Below are positions 16,012-20,000 of a DNA stretch of 20,000 nt, piece after piece (the first letter of the stretch is position 1; the number at the start of each line of letters is the position of its first letter). Position numbers and translations under genes: made by a program. This DNA comes from Candidatus Parvarchaeota archaeon (GTDB taxonomy: Archaea; Nanobdellota; Nanobdellia; WJKC01). Where the stretch lies: positions 179,840-199,839 of the forward strand of contig JAUWZX010000001.1 of the NCBI GenBank assembly GCA_030615175.1, read 5' to 3'. The notes beneath the pieces are model-generated. The model saw only the letters and a list, made by a program, of their open reading frames with translations, had not been told where the DNA came from and did not search any database.

Positions 16012-17040
16012 TCAGGAAAAATGTTTTAAAACTGATTCATACTTTTTAGTAATCTTATCCCAGTCATGCTTTCTTAAATCAATCTTTTCAGGCTTACGCT
16101 TAAAAGATTTTCTAAGAATTGCAGAAGCATTCCTGCCTCGGAAATCAGAAGCGTTAAGAGTAACGCAACCGCAAGCCCTTGCCTCAAGCAATGACATGCC
16201 AAACCCCTCACGCTCACTCATACTAGCATAAACATGAGAAGACTTCATTAATTTTAACACAGCCCGATGCGATTTCAGGAAGCCAAGAAATCTAACCCTC
16301 TTACCAGCCAACTTCTTCAGCCTCCTTAATTCAGGACCCTCACCAAGAATAATAAGCGTGGCCTTTTCATCATCAAGTTCATTAAATGCCTTGATTAACT
16401 TATCAACATTCTTATCAGGAATTAATCGCGAAGCAGTAATGATTGAATAAGGAATCCTTTTCACCTTTATTGAATTAATTAATTTCACGTCCAAACCGCA
16501 CGGAATAACAACACCCCTGCCAACTAATTCACGCGTCTTCTCTGAAATGCATAACGCCCTGCCCAAGTGCTTTGACAATGACTGGATAATGAAGCCGAGA
16601 AAACCGAAGAACCTGCCAGCATAATTCATCCAATAATTCTTTGACCAGTACTCATTAAAAGTAATGAATAAAGGCACGCGCTTAATCAATGAATAAAACT
16701 TAGCACTCCACAAGTGAAGGAAAGGGAATTCATCACAATCCAACACGTCAAGGTCATACTTAAAGAGTTTAGGCAGTAATGCAAGCGAGAACTTAATTGC
16801 AGGACCAATAGAACGACGCCCCCCAGTATAGAAATCTTTTTTGGACGGAGCCCTGCAAACACAATGAACATTAATGCCATGATAATTAAAATCCCACGAA
16901 GGCATTCCCTTCCAATACATAGTGAACAAGTGAACCTCATGCTCCCTAGCAATCCGCGTAAATAACTCAAACGCTTTATGCTCAGCCCCGCCAGTAACAA
17001 AAGGGTACAAGACGTCATGGACAAAACCGATTTTCATCAT
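16012..17040 (-). CDS. GT4 (GT-B) glycosyltransferase
   Basis: YPFVTGGAE, ASRLIPDKNVD, ILGEGPE, SEREGFGMSLLEARACG (E-x7-E). Confidence 0.92.
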   Translation of the reverse strand: MMKIGFVHDVLYPFVTGGAEHKAFELFTRIAREHEVHLFTMYWKGMPSWDFNYHGINVHCVCRAPSKKDFYTGGRRSIGPAIKFSLALLPKLFKYDLDVLDCDEFPFLHLWSAKFYSLIKRVPLFITFNEYWSKNYWMNYAGRFFGFLGFIIQSLSKHLGRALCISEKTRELVGRGVVIPCGLDVKLINSIKVKRIPYSIITASRLIPDKNVDKLIKAFNELDDEKATLIILGEGPELRRLKKLAGKRVRFLGFLKSHRAVLKLMKSSHVYASMSEREGFGMSLLEARACGCVTLNASDFRGRNASAILRKSFKRKPEKIDLRKHDWDKITKKYESVLKHFS

Positions 17041-17114
17041 ATAAAGAGAGTGCCTTAATGATTAATAATTATTATGGAAATGCATAAAAGAAGCACTTCT
17101 TTAGAAAATCATTA

Positions 17115-19025
17115 ATGAAGTTAAACGCTAAATTATTAATAATAATATTAATACTCGCGCTAGCAATGAGAACTTACTCACTGCGTCTTTATGCATTCTT
17201 AGGCAACGACCCATTCCTGCACGCAAGCGTTATAAGACAATACATGGAAACAGGCAACCTTGACACTTACGAACTAACAGGCGGAATGAAGAGAATAAAC
17301 GAGCCAAAAGGACTATACTGGGTCACGATACTGCCAGCACTAATGGATGTGCCATATGTAACAGCATTCCAGTGCATGCCGATTATATCAGGACTAATAA
17401 GTGTAATTCTGTTCTATTACTTGCTGAAGAATTTATTCAATAACAGGACTGCGTTAATAGGCGCATTCCTCCTTGCATTGAATGTCGGGCACGCTTACAG
17501 GACCATGGCCAACTTTTACAGAGGCGACGGGTTCTTCCTCACATTCCTCTTAGGAGTAATGCTCACGTACGAATTAATGCTCAAAGAAAAGAAGAAAGGC
17601 AGGCAGTTAATGCTTGCATGCTTAAGCGCATTATTAATTACTGGAATGATAACAGTATGGAACGGTCACTTACTGGGAATTGCAATAATAATTGCATGGC
17701 TGTTAATAACACAAGCAATCGCGTACTACAAAGGAGAAAAAGAAGTAACAAGAAAATTATTGATTTACGAGTTAATAGTCCTACCAACTTACTTATTGTT
17801 TAACTGGTTATTCATGAATAATGGAGTAATAACTAACTTATTCCTTTACGCTCCAGGAGCCATTGAAGCGCACACAATACTAGTACTCATGCCAGCAATC
17901 CTAAGCATGATTTGTTATCTGAGCATTAAATTAAAGAAAAAAGCAAGAATAATAATAATGCTATCCCTATTCAGCGGGGCATTAATATTCGCAGGACTAA
18001 ACTCATCATTAATAAGCGGAGTGCTGTCAACATCAATATTCTTCACTTCAAAGATTTACACCATAGGGGTATCAGAACTGCTAGCGCCAACACCTTACTT
18101 AACATGGGCAATGCATAATATTTCATACTACTTCATGTGGCCAGGACTAATACTATTCGCATTAATGCTGACAAGAATGAAGGAGTGGGGGCGCTTAATG
18201 CTGTTAGCATACACAATCCCAGTACTATTCTTAATGCTTAATTACGGCAGGTACTCATTCCTGGGAGCAGTAATAACCACTTCAATGACTGCAGTAATAC
18301 TTAACTACGGTTACTCGCAGGCAAAGAAGATAAAGCAGTTCAAGAAACTAGCAATAGGAATACCAATAACAGTGCTAACAATTTACTCAATAGTGAGTGC
18401 TAATACAATACCATTATTCAATCCAAGAGTTGACGTGGAATGGATTCCAGCACTGGAATGGGTGAAAGATAATTTGGAGCCAGGAATAACTGCCAGCTGG
18501 TGGGACCATGGCTCATGGATACAATACTACACTGAATTCCCAACACTAGTTGACTCAGTATATGGTCAAGTAGAGCACAGGATTAAGAGGATTGCAAAAT
18601 TCCTAGTCACGGATAATAATGATACTTTCAAGGACGTTAATGCATCATACTTAATACTGGGCAATGACAATTTATTCTACATTGAAGCAATACTCGGTCT
18701 GGCTAATGAAACAGGTTATGAAATATTCTTTCCAGACCAGTCTCAGGTGCAGATGTTTAAGTTATACACTGACCGCACCGTGTACGAGGACCCGGCTGGC
18801 GCGGAAACACTAATTAAGAAAAGAATGTACGCTAATGAAACAGGCACGTCAGAAGTAGTATCACAAGAGGGGAATGGGTGCTTAATAATTAACCCGAGAA
18901 TGGCATTCTACGCGAATGACAAGGCATGCAATTCAAACCTGGTGAAATTATTATTCAGCAACGAGACAGGAGGATATGAATTACTGTATGCTAATAATTT
19001 CGTAAGAATCTACAAGATTACTTAA
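17115..19025 (+). CDS. aglB: Oligosaccharyltransferase (STT3/AglB)
   Basis: Multi-TM N-terminus with GNDPFLH, YRTMANFYRGD and GVSE (SVSE/TIXE-like, 18066..18077). W-x2-ALEWVK, then SWWDHGSWI (18498..18512 for WWDHG) and TLVDS. Ends VRIYKI. Confidence 0.9.
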   Translation: MKLNAKLLIIILILALAMRTYSLRLYAFLGNDPFLHASVIRQYMETGNLDTYELTGGMKRINEPKGLYWVTILPALMDVPYVTAFQCMPIISGLISVILFYYLLKNLFNNRTALIGAFLLALNVGHAYRTMANFYRGDGFFLTFLLGVMLTYELMLKEKKKGRQLMLACLSALLITGMITVWNGHLLGIAIIIAWLLITQAIAYYKGEKEVTRKLLIYELIVLPTYLLFNWLFMNNGVITNLFLYAPGAIEAHTILVLMPAILSMICYLSIKLKKKARIIIMLSLFSGALIFAGLNSSLISGVLSTSIFFTSKIYTIGVSELLAPTPYLTWAMHNISYYFMWPGLILFALMLTRMKEWGRLMLLAYTIPVLFLMLNYGRYSFLGAVITTSMTAVILNYGYSQAKKIKQFKKLAIGIPITVLTIYSIVSANTIPLFNPRVDVEWIPALEWVKDNLEPGITASWWDHGSWIQYYTEFPTLVDSVYGQVEHRIKRIAKFLVTDNNDTFKDVNASYLILGNDNLFYIEAILGLANETGYEIFFPDQSQVQMFKLYTDRTVYEDPAGAETLIKKRMYANETGTSEVVSQEGNGCLIINPRMAFYANDKACNSNLVKLLFSNETGGYELLYANNFVRIYKIT

Positions 19026-20000
19026 TAAGACTTACATACTCTTTAAGCAGTGATTTTGCTTTCTCCTTTGACCCTGATTCAGCGTAGACTTTAACAGTAT
19101 GCCTTGTCTCAGAAGCGCGGACAAGAACTGAGGAACCATCATTTAAAGAGAACTTAACACCATCAATAGTTAAGGCATTAGGATGAGCTTTCAGTAATTC
19201 ATGCTTAATGCGTTTCATAGCAGCATTCTTAGCCTTATGAGTAGGGAACTCAATCTCCTCCTTAACAACAATGATTACAGGCAATTCATTAACTAATTCA
19301 GATAACTTCTTGCCTGATTCATGAATCATTCTTGCAAGCATTAAAGTAGACATTATGCCATCAGAAAAAGGATAATACTCATTAAAGTAGAAATGGCTTG
19401 AGAACTCCCCTCCAAGAACACCCTTATTATTAAATAACTCCTCCTCAATAAACCTGTGACCAACCCTGCACCATAACACTCTGCCCCCATACTCCTTGAC
19501 AAAAGACTCAATCCTTGACGAAATAGAGACAGGGACAACGATTAAGCCACCGCCGCGACGCTTTAAAACATTCTTAGCAAAAAGCAATGTCATTAAGTTG
19601 CCTCCAATAACAACTCCCTTTTCATCCATGAATACTGAACGGTCGCCGTCACCATCCAATCCAACTCCAAATAATGATTTAGTCTTTAAAACCTCACGCC
19701 TTAATCCTCCTAAATTCTCCTCGCACGGCTCAGGATTCCTGCCGCCAAAATCAGGCAGTAACTCATCATTAATTACTCTTGCATTCAATAAATTAGAGAA
19801 AACCCTGTTAGATAACACGCTTGTTGAAGCATTAAAGCAGTCAACAACGCATTTCACTGGCAATTTACCAAAAGTTGTTTCCAGAAAAGAAGAATAATCA
19901 TTTAATGCAGTGATATCAACACTAACGCCAGCCATTCCTGACTTGAACTTGAACTTATAAAATGACTCCTTAACTTTTAAAAACCGGCCCTCATCAATTG
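19018..20000 (-). CDS. Phosphomannomutase/phosphoglucomutase family protein (5' end outside the window)
   Basis: VVDCFNAS, PDFGGRNPEP, DGDGDR (metal loop), VGH, GGEFSSH (sugar loop), IDGVK, VRAS. The frame stays open upstream of ATG 19935 to the edge (IDEGRFLKVKESFYKFKFKSG), so 19935 is internal. Confidence 0.92.
   Translation of the reverse strand, partial: IDEGRFLKVKESFYKFKFKSGMAGVSVDITALNDYSSFLETTFGKLPVKCVVDCFNASTSVLSNRVFSNLLNARVINDELLPDFGGRNPEPCEENLGGLRREVLKTKSLFGVGLDGDGDRSVFMDEKGVVIGGNLMTLLFAKNVLKRRGGGLIVVPVSISSRIESFVKEYGGRVLWCRVGHRFIEEELFNNKGVLGGEFSSHFYFNEYYPFSDGIMSTLMLARMIHESGKKLSELVNELPVIIVVKEEIEFPTHKAKNAAMKRIKHELLKAHPNALTIDGVKFSLNDGSSVLVRASETRHTVKVYAESGSKEKAKSLLKEYVSLIK

Noticed and set aside
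16686..19897. ORFs 16686..17024, 17618..17803, 19353..19538 and 19496..19897
   Set aside because: Nested in or antisense to the GT4, aglB and phosphomannomutase genes.
1..20000. Phase-variable homopolymers, CRISPR arrays, tRNA/rRNA, riboswitches, stop-codon recoding
   Set aside because: A/T runs of 7-8 nt are expected at this composition and the ORFs are intact. Intergenic gaps are 100 nt or less with no repeat arrays or GC-rich stems. TGA and TAA behave as ordinary stops.

Overview
AT-rich, gene-dense archaeal window; a DPANN-like lineage is my inference from compactness, composition and TATA boxes close to start codons. It holds a surface-glycosylation locus: an oligosaccharyltransferase (AglB/STT3, WWDHG motif), a partial phosphomannomutase, an AglJ-like and an ArnC-like GT2, two GT4s, three GT-C-type multi-TM proteins (one missed by the ORF track, 1..587) and two class I SAM methyltransferases. 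Two elements stand out. The first is a coupled operon GT2 - B12/radical SAM - methyltransferase - B12/radical SAM (3080..7500), whose codon strand bias is opposite to the other + strand genes. The second is an AbiEi/AbiEii-type toxin-antitoxin pair whose TATA box is bracketed by an inverted repeat. The most promising candidate system is cobalamin-dependent radical tailoring of lipid-linked sugars feeding GT-C/AglB transferases. No RNA genes, CRISPR arrays or transposases were seen. All family calls come from motif recognition, not database searches.
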